Position numbers and translations under genes: made by a program | Assembly: GCA_032718475.1 (NCBI GenBank) | Contig: JAUCBJ010006714.1 | Coordinates: forward strand, 1 to 64,000 | DNA from: Nemertoderma westbladi | Taxonomy: Eukaryota; Animalia; Xenacoelomorpha | DNA: 64,000 nt | Direction of reading: 5' to 3' | Notes under the pieces: model-generated | What the model saw: only the letters and a program-made list of their open reading frames with translations | Told to the model about the DNA's origin: nothing | Databases searched by the model: none | Shown here: positions 34,901 to 49,900 of the stretch, piece after piece | How positions within the stretch are numbered: the first letter of the stretch is position 1 | Layout of the letters: each line of letters opens with the position of its first letter

Positions 34901-37900
34901 CTACGCGTTTTAGTTTTAGCCACTATCCGTAATGTAACAACGTCTACGCGTTTTAGTTTTAGCCACTATCCGTAATGTAACAACATCTACGCGTTTTAGT
35001 TTTAGCCACTATCCGTAATGTAACAACGTCTACGCGTTTTAGTTTTAGCCACTATCCGTAATGTAACAACGTCTACGCGTTTTAGTTTTAGCCACTAACC
35101 GTAATGTCACGACGTCTACGCGTTTTAGTTTTAGCCACTATCCGTAATGTAACAACGTCTACGCGTTTTAGTTTTAGCCACTAACCGTAATGTCACAACG
35201 TCTACGCGTTTTAGTTTTAGCCACTAACCGTAATGTCACGACGTTTACGCGTTTTAGTTTTAGCCACTATCCGTAATGTAACAACGTCTACGCGTTTTAG
35301 TTTTAGCCACTAACCGTAATGTCACGACGTCTACGCGTTTTAGTTTTAGCCACTATCCGTAATGTCACGACGTCTACGCGTTTTAGTTTTAGTCACTAAC
35401 CGTAATGTCACGACGTCTACGCGTTTTAGTTTTAGCCACTATCCGTAATGTAACAACGTCTACGCGTTTTAGTTTTAGCCACTATCCGTAATGTCACAAC
35501 GTCTACGCGTTTTAGTTTTAGCCACTAACCGTAATGTCACGACGTCTACGCGTTTTAGTTTTAGCCACTATCCGTAATGTAACAACGTCTACGCGTTTTA
35601 GTTTTAGCCACTATCCGTAATGTCACGACGTCTACGCGTTTTAGTTTTAGCCACTAACCGTAATGTCACGACGTCTACGCGTTTTAGTTTTAGCCACTAT
35701 CCGTAATGTAACAACGTCTACGCGTTTTAGTTTTAGCCACTAACCGTAATGTCACAACGTCTACGCGTTTTAGTTTTAGCCACTATCCGTAATGTAACAA
35801 CGTCTACGCGTTTTAGTTTTAGCCACTATCCGTAATGTCACAACGTCTACGCGTTTTAGTTTTAGCCACTAACCGTAATGTCACGACGTTTACGCGTTTT
35901 AGTTTTAGCCACTATCCGTAATGTAACAACGTCTACGCGTTTTAGTTTTAGCCACTAACCGTAATGTCACAACGTCTACGCGTTTTAGTTTTAGCCACTA
36001 ACCGTAATGTCACGACGTCTACGCGTTTTAGTTTTAGCCACTATCCGTAATGTAACAACGTCTACGCGTTTTAGTTTTAGCTACCAACCGTAATGTCACG
36101 ACATCAACGCCTTTTAGTTTTAGCCACTAACCGTAATGTCACGACATCAACGCCTTTTAGTTTTAGCCACTAACCGTAATGTCACGACGTCAACGCCTTT
36201 TAGTTTTAGCCACTATCCGTAATGTCCCAACGTCTACGCGTTTTAGTTTTAGCCACTAACCGTAATGTCACAACGTCTACGCGTTTTAGTTTTAGCCACT
36301 AACCGTAATGTCACAACGTCTACGCGTTTTAGTTTTAGCCACTATCCGTAATGTCACAACGTCTACGCGTTTTAGTTTTAGTCACTAACCGTAATGTCAC
36401 AACGTCTACGCGTTTTAGTTTTAGCTACCAACCGTAATGTCACGACGTCTACGCGTTTTAGTTTTAGCCACTATCCGTAATGTAACAACATCTACGCGTT
36501 TTAGTTTTAGCCACTATCCGTAATGTAACGACGTCTACGCGTTTTAGTTTTAGCCACTATCCGTAATGTAACAACGTCTACGCGTTTTAGTTTTAGCCAC
36601 TAACCGTAATGTAACAACATCTACGCGTTTTAGTTTTAGCCACTAACCGTAATGTCACGACGTCTACGCGTTTTAGTTTTAGCCACTAACCGTAATGTCA
36701 CAACGTCTACGCGTTTTAGTTTTAGCCACTATCCGTAATGTCACGACGTTTACGCGTTTTAGTTTTAGCCACTAACCGTAATGTAACGACGTCTACGCGT
36801 TTTAGTTTTAGCCACTATCCGTAATGTAACGACGTCTACGCGTTTTAGTTTTAGCCACTAACCGTAATGTAACGACGTCTACGCGTTTTAGTTTTAGCCA
36901 CTATCCGTAATGTAACGACGTCTACGCGTTTTAGTTTTAGCCACTAACCGTAATGTCACGACGTTTACGCGTTTTAGTTTTAGCCACTATCCGTAATGTA
37001 ACGACGTCTACGCGTTTTAGTTTTAGCCACTAACCGTAATGTCACAACGTCTACGCGTTTTAGTTTTAGCCACTAACCGTAATGTAACAACGTCTACGCG
37101 TTTTAGTTTTAGCCACTATCCGTAATGTCACGACGTCTACGCGTTTTAGTTTTAGCCACTAACCGTAATGTAACGACGTCTACGCGTTTTAGTTTTAGCC
37201 ACTATCCGTAATGTAACGACGTCTACGCGTTTTAGTTTTAGCCACTAACCGTAATGTCACAACGTCTACGCGTTTTAGTTTTAGCCACTAACCGTAATGT
37301 CACGACGTCTACGCGTTTTAGTTTTAGCCACTAACCGTAATGTCACGACGTCTACGCGTTTTAGTTTTAGCCACTAACCGTAATGTCACAACGTCTACGC
37401 GTTTTAGTTTTAGCCACTAACCGTAATGTCACAACGTCTACGCGTTTTAGTTTTAGCCACTATCCGTAATGTAACGACGTCTACGCGTTTTAGTTTTAGC
37501 CACTAACCGTAATGTCACGACGTCTACGCGTTTTAGTTTTAGCCACTAACCGTAATGTCACAACGTCTACGCGTTTTAGTTTTAGCCACTAACCGTAATG
37601 TCACGACGTCTACGCGTTTTAGTTTTAGCCACTAACCGTAATGTCACAACGTCTACGCGTTTTAGTTTTAGCCACTAACCGTAATGTAACGACGTCTACG
37701 CGTTTTAGTTTTAGCCACTAACCGTAATGTCACGACGTCTACGCGTTTTAGTTTTAGCCACTAACCGTAATGTCACAACGTCTACGCGTTTTAGTTTTAG
37801 CCACTAACCGTAATGTAACGACGTCTACGCGTTTTAGTTTTAGCCACTATCCGTAATGTAACAACGTCTACGCGTTTTAGTTTTAGCCACTATCCGTAAT

Positions 37901-40900
37901 GTAACAACGTCTACGCGTTTTAGTTTTAGCCACTAACCGTAATGTAACAACATCTACGCGTTTTAGTTTTAGCCACTATCCGTAATGTAACAACGTCTAC
38001 GCGTTTTAGTTTTAGCCACTATCCGTAATGTAACAACGTCTACGCGTTTTAGTTTTAGCCACTAACCGTAATGTAACGACGTCTACGCGTTTTAGTTTTA
38101 GCCACTATCCGTAATGTAACAACGTCTACGCGTTTTAGTTTTAGCCACTATCCGTAATGTAACGACGTCTACGCGTTTTAGTTTTAGCCACTATCCGTAA
38201 TGTAACAACGTCTACGCGTTTTAGTTTTAGCCACTAACCGTAATGTAACAACATCTACGCGTTTTAGTTTTAGCCACTATCCGTAATGTAACAACGTCTA
38301 CGCGTTTTAGTTTTAGCCACTAACCGTAATGTAACGACGTCTACGCGTTTTAGTTTTAGCCACTATCCGTAATGTAACAACGTCTACGCGTTTTAGTTTT
38401 AGCCACTATCCGTAATGTAACGACGTCTACGCGTTTTAGTTTTAGCCACTATCCGTAATGTAACAACGTCTACGCGTTTTAGTTTTAGCCACTAACCGTA
38501 ATGTAACAACATCTACGCGTTTTAGTTTTAGCCACTAACCGTAATGTCACGACGTCTACGCGTTTTAGTTTTAGCCACTATCCGTAATGTAACAACGTCT
38601 ACGCGTTTTAGTTTTAGCCACTAACCGTAATGTCACGACGTCTACGCGTTTTAGTTTTAGCCACTATCCGTAATGTAACAACGTCTACGCGTTTTAGTTT
38701 TAGCCACTAACCGTAATGTCACGACGTCTACGCGTTTTAGTTTTAGCCACTATCCGTAATGTAACAACATCTACGCGTTTTAGTTTTAGCCACTAACCGT
38801 AATGTCACGACGTCTACGCGTTTTAGTTTTAGCCACTATCCGTAATGTAACAACGTCTACGCGTTTTAGTTTTAGCCACTAACCGTAATGTCACAACGTC
38901 TACGCGTTTTAGTTTTAGCCACTAACCGTAATGTAACAACGTCTACGCGTTTTAGTTTTAGCCACTATCCGTAATGTAACAACGTCTACGCGTTTTAGTT
39001 TTAGCCACTATCCGTAATGTCACAACGTCTACGCGTTTTAGTTTTAGCCACTAACCGTAATGTAACAACATCTACGCGTTTTAGTTTTAGCCACTATCCG
39101 TAATGTAACAACGTCTACGCGTTTTAGTTTTAGCCACTAACCGTAATGTAACAACGTCTACGCGTTTTAGTTTTAGCCACTATCCGTAATGTAACAACGT
39201 CTACGCGTTTTAGTTTTAGCCACTAACCGTAATGTCACAACGTCTACGCGTTTTAGTTTTAGCCACTATCCGTAATGTAACAACGTCTACGCGTTTTAGT
39301 TTTAGCCACTAACCGTAATGTAACAACATCTACGCGTTTTAGTTTTAGCCACTAACCGTAATGTCACGACGTCTACGCGTTTTAGTTTTAGCCACTAACC
39401 GTAATGTAACAACATCTACGCGTTTTAGTTTTAGCCACTAACCGTAATGTAACAACATCTACGCGTTTTAGTTTTAGCCACTAACCGTAATGTCACGACG
39501 TCTACGCGTTTTAGTTTTAGCCACTATCCGTAATGTAACAACGTCTACGCGTTTTAGTTTTAGCCACTAACCGTAATGTAACAACATCTACGCGTTTTAG
39601 TTTTAGCCACTAACCGTAATGTCACGACGTCTACGCGTTTTAGTTTTAGCCACTATCCGTAATGTAACAACGTCTACGCGTTTTAGTTTTAGCCACTATC
39701 CGTAATGTAACAACATCTACGCGTTTTAGTTTTAGCCACTAACCGTAATGTAACAACATCTACGCGTTTTAGTTTTAGCCACTAACCGTAATGTAACAAC
39801 ATCTACGCGTTTTAGTTTTAGCCACTAACCGTAATGTAACAACATCTACGCGTTTTAGTTTTAGCCACTAACCGTAATGTCACGACGTCTACGCGTTTTA
39901 GTTTTAGCCACTATCCGTAATGTAACAACATCTACGCGTTTTAGTTTTAGCCACTAACCGTAATGTAACAACATCTACGCGTTTTAGTTTTAGCCACTAA
40001 CCGTAATGTAACAACATCTACGCGTTTTAGTTTTAGCCACTAACCGTAATGTCACGACGTCTACGCGTTTTAGTTTTAGCCACTATCCGTAATGTAACAA
40101 CATCTACGCGTTTTAGTTTTAGCCACTAACCGTAATGTAACAACATCTACGCGTTTTAGTTTTAGCCACTAACCGTAATGTCACGACGTCTACGCGTTTT
40201 AGTTTTAGCCACTATCCGTAATGTAACAACGTCTACGCGTTTTAGTTTTAGCCACTAACCGTAATGTCACGACGTCTACGCGTTTTAGTTTTAGCCACTA
40301 TCCGTAATGTAACAACGTCTACGCGTTTTAGTTTTAGCCACTAACCGTAATGTCACGACGTCTACGCGTTTTAGTTTTAGCCACTATCCGTAATGTAACA
40401 ACATCTACGCGTTTTAGTTTTAGCCACTAACCGTAATGTCACGACGTCTACGCGTTTTAGTTTTAGCCACTATCCGTAATGTAACAACGTCTACGCGTTT
40501 TAGTTTTAGCCACTATCCGTAATGTAACAACGTCTACGCGTTTTAGTTTTAGCCACTAACCGTAATGTAACAACATCTACGCGTTTTAGTTTTAGCCACT
40601 AACCGTAATGTCACGACGTCTACGCGTTTTAGTTTTAGCCACTATCCGTAATGTAACAACGTCTACGCGTTTTAGTTTTAGCCACTATCCGTAATGTAAC
40701 AACGTCTACGCGTTTTAGTTTTAGCCACTATCCGTAATGTCACAACGTCTACGCGTTTTAGTTTTAGCCACTATCCGTAATGTAACAACGTCTACGCGTT
40801 TTAGTTTTAGCCACTATCCGTAATGTCACAACGTCTACGCGTTTTAGTTTTAGCCACTATCCGTAATGTAACAACGTCTACGCGTTTTAGTTTTAGCCAC

Positions 40901-43900
40901 TATCCGTAATGTCACAACGTCTACGCGTTTTAGTTTTAGCCACTAACCGTAATGTAACAACATCTACGCGTTTTAGTTTTAGCCACTAACCGTAATGTCA
41001 CGACGTCTACGCGTTTTAGTTTTAGCCACTATCCGTAATGTAACAACGTCTACGCGTTTTAGTTTTAGCCACTATCCGTAATGTCACAACGTCTACGCGT
41101 TTTAGTTTTAGCCACTATCCGTAATGTAACAACGTCTACGCGTTTTAGTTTTAGCCACTATCCGTAATGTCACAACGTCTACGCGTTTTAGTTTTAGCCA
41201 CCAACCGTAATGTAACAACGTCTACGCGTTTTAGTTTTAGCCACTAACCGTAATGTAACAACGTCTACGCGTTTTAGTTTTAGCCACTATCCGTAATGTC
41301 ACAACGTCTACGCGTTTTAGTTTTAGCCACTATCCGTAATGTCACAACGTCTACGCGTTTTAGTTTTAGCCACCAACCGTAATGTAACAACGTCTACGCG
41401 TTTTAGTTTTAGCCACTAACCGTAATGTAACAACGTCTACGCGTTTTAGTTTTAGCCACTATCCGTAATGTAACAACGTCTACGCGTTTTAGTTTTAGCC
41501 ACTAACCGTAATGTCACAACGTCTACGCGTTTTAGTTTTAGCCACTATCCGTAATGTCACAACGTCTACGCGTTTTAGTTTTAGCCACCAACCGTAATGT
41601 CACAACGTCTACGCGTTTTAGTTTTAGCCACTATCCGTAATGTAACAACGTCTACGCGTTTTAGTTTTAGCCACTATCCGTAATGTAACAACGTCTACGC
41701 GTTTTAGTTTTAGCCACTATCCGTAATGTAACAACGTCTACGCGTTTTAGTTTTAGCCACTATCCGTAATGTAACAACGTCTACGCGTTTTAGTTTTAGC
41801 CACTAACCGTAATGTAACAACGTCTACGCGTTTTAGTTTTAGCCACTATCCGTAATGTAACAACGTCTACGCGTTTTAGTTTTAGCCACTATCCGTAATG
41901 TCACAACGTCTACGCGTTTTAGTTTTAGCCACTAACCGTAATGTAACAACGTCTACGCGTTTTAGTTTTAGCCACTAACCGTAATGTAACAACGTCTACG
42001 CGTTTTAGTTTTAGCCACTATCCGTAATGTAACAACGTCTACGCGTTTTAGTTTTAGCCACTAACCGTAATGTCACAACGTCTACGCGTTTTAGTTTTAG
42101 CCACTAACCGTAATGTAACAACGTCTACGCGTTTTAGTTTTAGCCACTAACCGTAATGTCACAACGTCTACGCGTTTTAGTTTTAGCCACTATCCGTAAT
42201 GTCACAACGTCTACGCGTTTTAGTTTTAGCCACTAACCGTAATGTAACAACGTCTACGCGTTTTAGTTTTAGCCACTATCCGTAATGTAACAACGTCTAC
42301 GCGTTTTAGTTTTAGCCACTAACCGTAATGTCACAACGTCTACGCGTTTTAGTTTTAGCCACTATCCGTAATGTCACAACGTCTACGCGTTTTAGTTTTA
42401 GCCACTATCCGTAATGTAACAACGTCTACGCGTTTTAGTTTTAGCCACTAACCGTAATGTCACAACGTCTACGCGTTTTAGTTTTAGCCACTATCCGTAA
42501 TGTCACAACGTCTACGCGTTTTAGTTTTAGCCACTATCCGTAATGTAACAACGTCTACGCGTTTTAGTTTTAGCCACTAACCGTAATGTAACAACGTCTA
42601 CGCGTTTTAGTTTTAGCCACTATCCGTAATGTAACAACGTCTACGCGTTTTAGTTTTAGCCACTAACCGTAATGTCACAACGTCTACGCGTTTTAGTTTT
42701 AGCCACTATCCGTAATGTCACAACGTCTACGCGTTTTAGTTTTAGCCACTAACCGTAATGTAACAACGTCTACGCGTTTTAGTTTTAGCCACTATCCGTA
42801 ATGTAACAACGTCTACGCGTTTTAGTTTTAGCCACTATCCGTAATGTCACAACGTCTACGCGTTTTAGTTTTAGCCACTAACCGTAATGTAACAACGTCT
42901 ACGCGTTTTAGTTTTAGCCACTAACCGTAATGTAACAACGTCTACGCGTTTTAGTTTTAGCCACTATCCGTAATGTAACAACGTCTACGCGTTTTAGTTT
43001 TAGCCACTAACCGTAATGTCACAACGTCTACGCGTTTTAGTTTTAGCCACTAACCGTAATGTAACAACGTCTACGCGTTTTAGTTTTAGCCACTAACCGT
43101 AATGTCACAACGTCTACGCGTTTTAGTTTTAGCCACTATCCGTAATGTCACAACGTCTACGCGTTTTAGTTTTAGCCACTAACCGTAATGTAACAACGTC
43201 TACGCGTTTTAGTTTTAGCCACTAACCGTAATGTAACAACGTCTACGCGTTTTAGTTTTAGCCACTATCCGTAATGTAACAACGTCTACGCGTTTTAGTT
43301 TTAGCCACTAACCGTAATGTCACAACGTCTACGCGTTTTAGTTTTAGCCACTAACCGTAATGTAACAACGTCTACGCGTTTTAGTTTTAGCCACTATCCG
43401 TAATGTAACAACGTCTACGCGTTTTAGTTTTAGCCACTAACCGTAATGTAACAACGTCTACGCGTTTTAGTTTTAGCCACTATCCGTAATGTAACAACGT
43501 CTACGCGTTTTAGTTTTAGCCACTATCCGTAATGTAACAACGTCTACGCGTTTTAGTTTTAGCCACTAACCGTAATGTAACAACGTCTACGCGTTTTAGT
43601 TTTAGCCACTATCCGTAATGTAACAACGTCTACGCGTTTTAGTTTTAGCCACTATCCGTAATGTAACAACGTCTACGCGTTTTAGTTTTAGCCACTAACC
43701 GTAATGTAACAACGTCTACGCGTTTTAGTTTTAGCCACTAACCGTAATGTAACAACGTCTACGCGTTTTAGTTTTAGCCACTATCCGTAATGTAACAACG
43801 TCTACGCGTTTTAGTTTTAGCCACTAACCGTAATGTCACAACGTCTACGCGTTTTAGTTTTAGCCACTAACCGTAATGTCACAACGTCTACGCGTTTTAG

Positions 43901-46900
43901 TTTTAGCCACTAACCGTAATGTAACAACGTCTACGCGTTTTAGTTTTAGCCACTAACCGTAATGTCACAACGTCTACGCGTTTTAGTTTTAGCCACTATC
44001 CGTAATGTAACAACGTCTACGCGTTTTAGTTTTAGCCACTAACCGTAATGTCACAACGTCTACGCGTTTTAGTTTTAGCCACTATCCGTAATGTCACAAC
44101 GTCTACGCGTTTTAGTTTTAGCCACTAACCGTAATGTAACAACGTCTACGCGTTTTAGTTTTAGCCACTATCCGTAATGTAACAACGTCTACGCGTTTTA
44201 GTTTTAGCCACTATCCGTAATGTAACAACGTCTACGCGTTTTAGTTTTAGCCACTAACCGTAATGTCACAACGTCTACGCGTTTTAGTTTTAGCCACTAA
44301 CCGTAATGTCACAACGTCTACGCGTTTTAGTTTTAGCCACTAACCGTAATGTAACAACGTCTACGCGTTTTAGTTTTAGCCACTATCCGTAATGTAACAA
44401 CGTCTACGCGTTTTAGTTTTAGCCACTATCCGTAATGTCACAACGTCTACGCGTTTTAGTTTTAGCCACTAACCGTAATGTAACAACGTCTACGCGTTTT
44501 AGTTTTAGCCACTAACCGTAATGTAACAACGTCTACGCGTTTTAGTTTTAGCCACTATCCGTAATGTAACAACGTCTACGCGTTTTAGTTTTAGCCACTA
44601 ACCGTAATGTAACAACGTCTACGCGTTTTAGTTTTAGCCACTAACCGTAATGTAACAACGTCTACGCGTTTTAGTTTTAGCCACTATCCGTAATGTAACA
44701 ACGTCTACGCGTTTTAGTTTTAGCCACTAACCGTAATGTAACAACGTCTACGCGTTTTAGTTTTAGCCACTATCCGTAATGTAACAACGTCTACGCGTTT
44801 TAGTTTTAGCCACTATCCGTAATGTAACAACGTCTACGCGTTTTAGTTTTAGCCACTAACCGTAATGTAACAACGTCTACGCGTTTTAGTTTTAGCCACT
44901 ATCCGTAATGTAACAACGTCTACGCGTTTTAGTTTTAGCCACTATCCGTAATGTAACAACGTCTACGCGTTTTAGTTTTAGCCACTATCCGTAATGTAAC
45001 AACGTCTACGCGTTTTAGTTTTAGCCACTAACCGTAATGTAACAACGTCTACGCGTTTTAGTTTTAGCCACTATCCGTAATGTAACAACGTCTACGCGTT
45101 TTAGTTTTAGCCACTATCCGTAATGTAACAACGTCTACGCGTTTTAGTTTTAGCCACTAACCGTAATGTAACAACGTCTACGCGTTTTAGTTTTAGCCAC
45201 TATCCGTAATGTAACAACGTCTACGCGTTTTAGTTTTAGCCACTATCCGTAATGTAACAACGTCTACGCGTTTTAGTTTTAGCCACTAACCGTAATGTAA
45301 CAACGTCTACGCGTTTTAGTTTTAGCCACTATCCGTAATGTAACAACGTCTACGCGTTTTAGTTTTAGCCACTATCCGTAATGTAACAACGTCTACGCGT
45401 TTTAGTTTTAGCCACTAACCGTAATGTAACAACGTCTACGCGTTTTAGTTTTAGCCACTATCCGTAATGTAACAACGTCTACGCGTTTTAGTTTTAGCCA
45501 CTATCCGTAATGTAACAACGTCTACGCGTTTTAGTTTTAGCCACTATCCGTAATGTCACAACGTCTACGCGTTTTAGTTTTAGCCACTAACCGTAATGTA
45601 ACAACGTCTACGCGTTTTAGTTTTAGCCACTATCCGTAATGTAACAACGTCTACGCGTTTTAGTTTTAGCCACTATCCGTAATGTAACAACGTCTACGCG
45701 TTTTAGTTTTAGCCACTAACCGTAATGTAACAACGTCTACGCGTTTTAGTTTTAGCCACTATCCGTAATGTAACAACGTCTACGCGTTTTAGTTTTAGCC
45801 ACTAACCGTAATGTAACAACGTCTACGCGTTTTAGTTTTAGCCACTATCCGTAATGTAACAACGTCTACGCGTTTTAGTTTTAGCCACTAACCGTAATGT
45901 AACAACGTCTACGCGTTTTAGTTTTAGCCACTATCCGTAATGTAACAACGTCTACGCGTTTTAGTTTTAGCCACTATCCGTAATGTAACAACGTCTACGC
46001 GTTTTAGTTTTAGCCACTATCCGTAATGTAACAACGTCTACGCGTTTTAGTTTTAGCCACTAACCGTAATGTAACAACGTCTACGCGTTTTAGTTTTAGC
46101 CACTATCCGTAATGTAACAACGTCTACGCGTTTTAGTTTTAGCCACTAACCGTAATGTAACAACGTCTACGCGTTTTAGTTTTAGCCACTATCCGTAATG
46201 TAACAACGTCTACGCGTTTTAGTTTTAGCCACTATCCGTAATGTAACAACGTCTACGCGTTTTAGTTTTAGCCACTAACCGTAATGTCACGACGTCTACG
46301 CGTTTTAGTTTTAGCCACTATCCGTAATGTAACAACGTCTACGCGTTTTAGTTTTAGCCACTAACCGTAATGTAACAACGTCTACGCGTTTTAGTTTTAG
46401 CCACTATCCGTAATGTCACGACGTCTACGCGTTTTAGTTTTAGCCACTAACCGTAATGTCCCAACGTCTACGCGTTTTAGTTTTAGCCACTATCCGTAAT
46501 GTAACAACGTCTACGCGTTTTAGTTTTAGCCACTATCCGTAATGTAACAACGTCTACGCGTTTTAGTTTTAGCCACTAACCGTAATGTCCCAACGTCTAC
46601 GCGTTTTAGTTTTAGCCACTATCCGTAATGTAACAACGTCTACGCGTTTTAGTTTTAGCCACTAACCGTAATGTCACGACGTCTACGCGTTTTAGTTTTA
46701 GCCACTAACCGTAATGTCCCAACGTCTACGCGTTTTAGTTTTAGCCACTATCCGTAATGTCCCAACGTCTACGCGTTTTAGTTTTAGCCACTATCCGTAA
46801 TGTAACAACGTCTACGCGTTTTAGTTTTAGCCACTATCCGTAATGTAACAACGTCTACGCGTTTTAGTTTTAGCCACTAACCGTAATGTCACGACGTCTA

Positions 46901-49900
46901 CGCGTTTTAGTTTTAGCCACTATCCGTAATGTAACAACGTCTACGCGTTTTAGTTTTAGCCACTAACCGTAATGTAACAACGTCTACGCGTTTTAGTTTT
47001 AGCCACTATCCGTAATGTAACGACGTCTACGCGTTTTAGTTTTAGCCACTATCCGTAATGTCACGACGTCTACGCGTTTTAGTTTTAGCCACTAACCGTA
47101 ATGTAACAACGTCTACGCGTTTTAGTTTTAGCCACTATCCGTAATGTAACAACGTCTACGCGTTTTAGTTTTAGCCACTAACCGTAATGTAACAACGTCT
47201 ACGCGTTTTAGTTTTAGCCACTATCCGTAATGTAACAACGTCTACGCGTTTTAGTTTTAGCCACTAACCGTAATGTAACAACGTCTACGCGTTTTAGTTT
47301 TAGCCACTATCCGTAATGTAACAACGTCTACGCGTTTTAGTTTTAGCCACTAACCGTAATGTCACGACGTCTACGCGTTTTAGTTTTAGCCACTAACCGT
47401 AATGTCACAACGTCTACGCGTTTTAGTTTTAGCCACTAACCGTAATGTAACAACGTCTACGCGTTTTAGTTTTAGCCACTATCCGTAATGTAACGACGTC
47501 TACGCGTTTTAGTTTTAGCCACTATCCGTAATGTAACAACGTCTACGCGTTTTAGTTTTAGCCACCAACCGTAATGTCACGACGTCTACGCGTTTTAGTT
47601 TTAGCCACTAACCGTAATGTCACGACGTCTACGCGTTTTAGTTTTAGCCACTAACCGTAATGTCACGACGTCTACGCGTTTTAGTTTTAGCCACCAACCG
47701 TAATGTCACGACGTCTACGCGTTTTAGTTTTAGCCACTAACCGTAATGTCACGACGTCTACGCGTTTTAGTTTTAGCCACTAACCGTAATGTCACGACGT
47801 CTACGCGTTTTAGTTTTAGCCACTAACCGTAATGTCACGACGTCTACGCGTTTTAGTTTTAGCCACTAACCGTAATGTCACGACGTCTACGCGTTTTAGT
47901 TTTAGCCACCAACCGTAATGTCACGACGTCTACGCGTTTTAGTTTTAGCCACTAACCGTAATGTCACGACGTCTACGCGTTTTAGTTTTAGCCACTAACC
48001 GTAATGTCACGACGTCTACGCGTTTTAGTTTTAGCCACTATCCGTAATGTAACAACGTCTACGCGTTTTAGTTTTAGCCACTAACCGTAATGTAACAACA
48101 TCTACGCGTTTTAGTTTTAGCCACTAACCGTAATGTCACGACGTCTACGCGTTTTAGTTTTAGCCACTATCCGTAATGTCACGACGTCTACGCGTTTTAG
48201 TTTTAGCCACTATCCGTAATGTAACAACGTCTACGCGTTTTAGTTTTAGCCACTAACCGTAATGTCACGACGTCTACGCGTTTTAGTTTTAGCCACTATC
48301 CGTAATGTAACAACGTCTACGCGTTTTAGTTTTAGCCACTAACCGTAATGTAACAACATCTACGCGTTTTAGTTTTAGCCACTAACCGTAATGTCACGAC
48401 GTCTACGCGTTTTAGTTTTAGCCACTAACCGTAATGTCACAACGTCTACGCGTTTTAGTTTTAGCCACTATCCGTAATGTAACAACATCTACGCGTTTTA
48501 GTTTTAGCCACTATCCGTAATGTAACAACGTCTACGCGTTTTAGTTTTAGCCACTATCCGTAATGTAACAACGTCTACGCGTTTTAGTTTTAGCCACTAT
48601 CCGTAATGTAACAACGTCTACGCGTTTTAGTTTTAGCCACTATCCGTAATGTAACAACGTCTACGCGTTTTAGTTTTAGCCACTATCCGTAATGTAACAA
48701 CGTCTACGCGTTTTAGTTTTAGCCACTATCCGTAATGTAACAACATCTACGCGTTTTAGTTTTAGCCACTATCCGTAATGTCACAACGTCTACGCGTTTT
48801 AGTTTTAGCCACTATCCGTAATGTAACAACGTCTACGCGTTTTAGTTTTAGCTACCAACCGTAATGTCACGACGTCAACGCCTTTTAGTTTTAGCCACTA
48901 ACCGTAATGTCACGACGTCTACGCGTTTTAGTTTTAGCCACTATCCGTAATGTCACAACGTCTACGCGTTTTAGTTTTAGCCACTATCCGTAATGTAACA
49001 ACGTCTACGCGTTTTAGTTTTAGCCACTATCCGTAATGTAACAACGTCTACGCGTTTTAGTTTTAGCCACTATCCGTAATGTAACAACGTCTACGCGTTT
49101 TAGTTTTAGCCACTATCCGTAATGTAACAACATCTACGCGTTTTAGTTTTAGCCACTATCCGTAATGTAACAACATCTACGCGTTTTAGTTTTAGCCACT
49201 ATCCGTAATGTCACAACGTCTACGCGTTTTAGTTTTAGCCACTATCCGTAATGTAACAACGTCTACGCGTTTTAGTTTTAGCCACTATCCGTAATGTAAC
49301 AACATCTACGCGTTTTAGTTTTAGCCACTATCCGTAATGTAACAACATCTACGCGTTTTAGTTTTAGCCACTATCCGTAATGTAACAACATCTACGCGTT
49401 TTAGTTTTAGCCACTATCCGTAATGTAACAACATCTACGCGTTTTAGTTTTAGCCACTATCCGTAATGTAACAACATCTACGCGTTTTAGTTTTAGCCAC
49501 TATCCGTAATGTAACAACATCTACGCGTTTTAGTTTTAGCCACTATCCGTAATGTAACAACATCTACGCGTTTTAGTTTTAGCCACTATCCGTAATGTAA
49601 CAACATCTACGCGTTTTAGTTTTAGCCACTATCCGTAATGTAACAACATCTACGCGTTTTAGTTTTAGCCACTATCCGTAATGTAACAACATCTACGCGT
49701 TTTAGTTTTAGCCACTATCCGTAATGTAACAACATCTACGCGTTTTAGTTTTAGCCACTATCCGTAATGTAACAACATCTACGCGTTTTAGTTTTAGCCA
49801 CTATCCGTAATGTAACAACATCTACGCGTTTTAGTTTTAGCCACTATCCGTAATGTAACAACATCTACGCGTTTTAGTTTTAGCCACTATCCGTAATGTC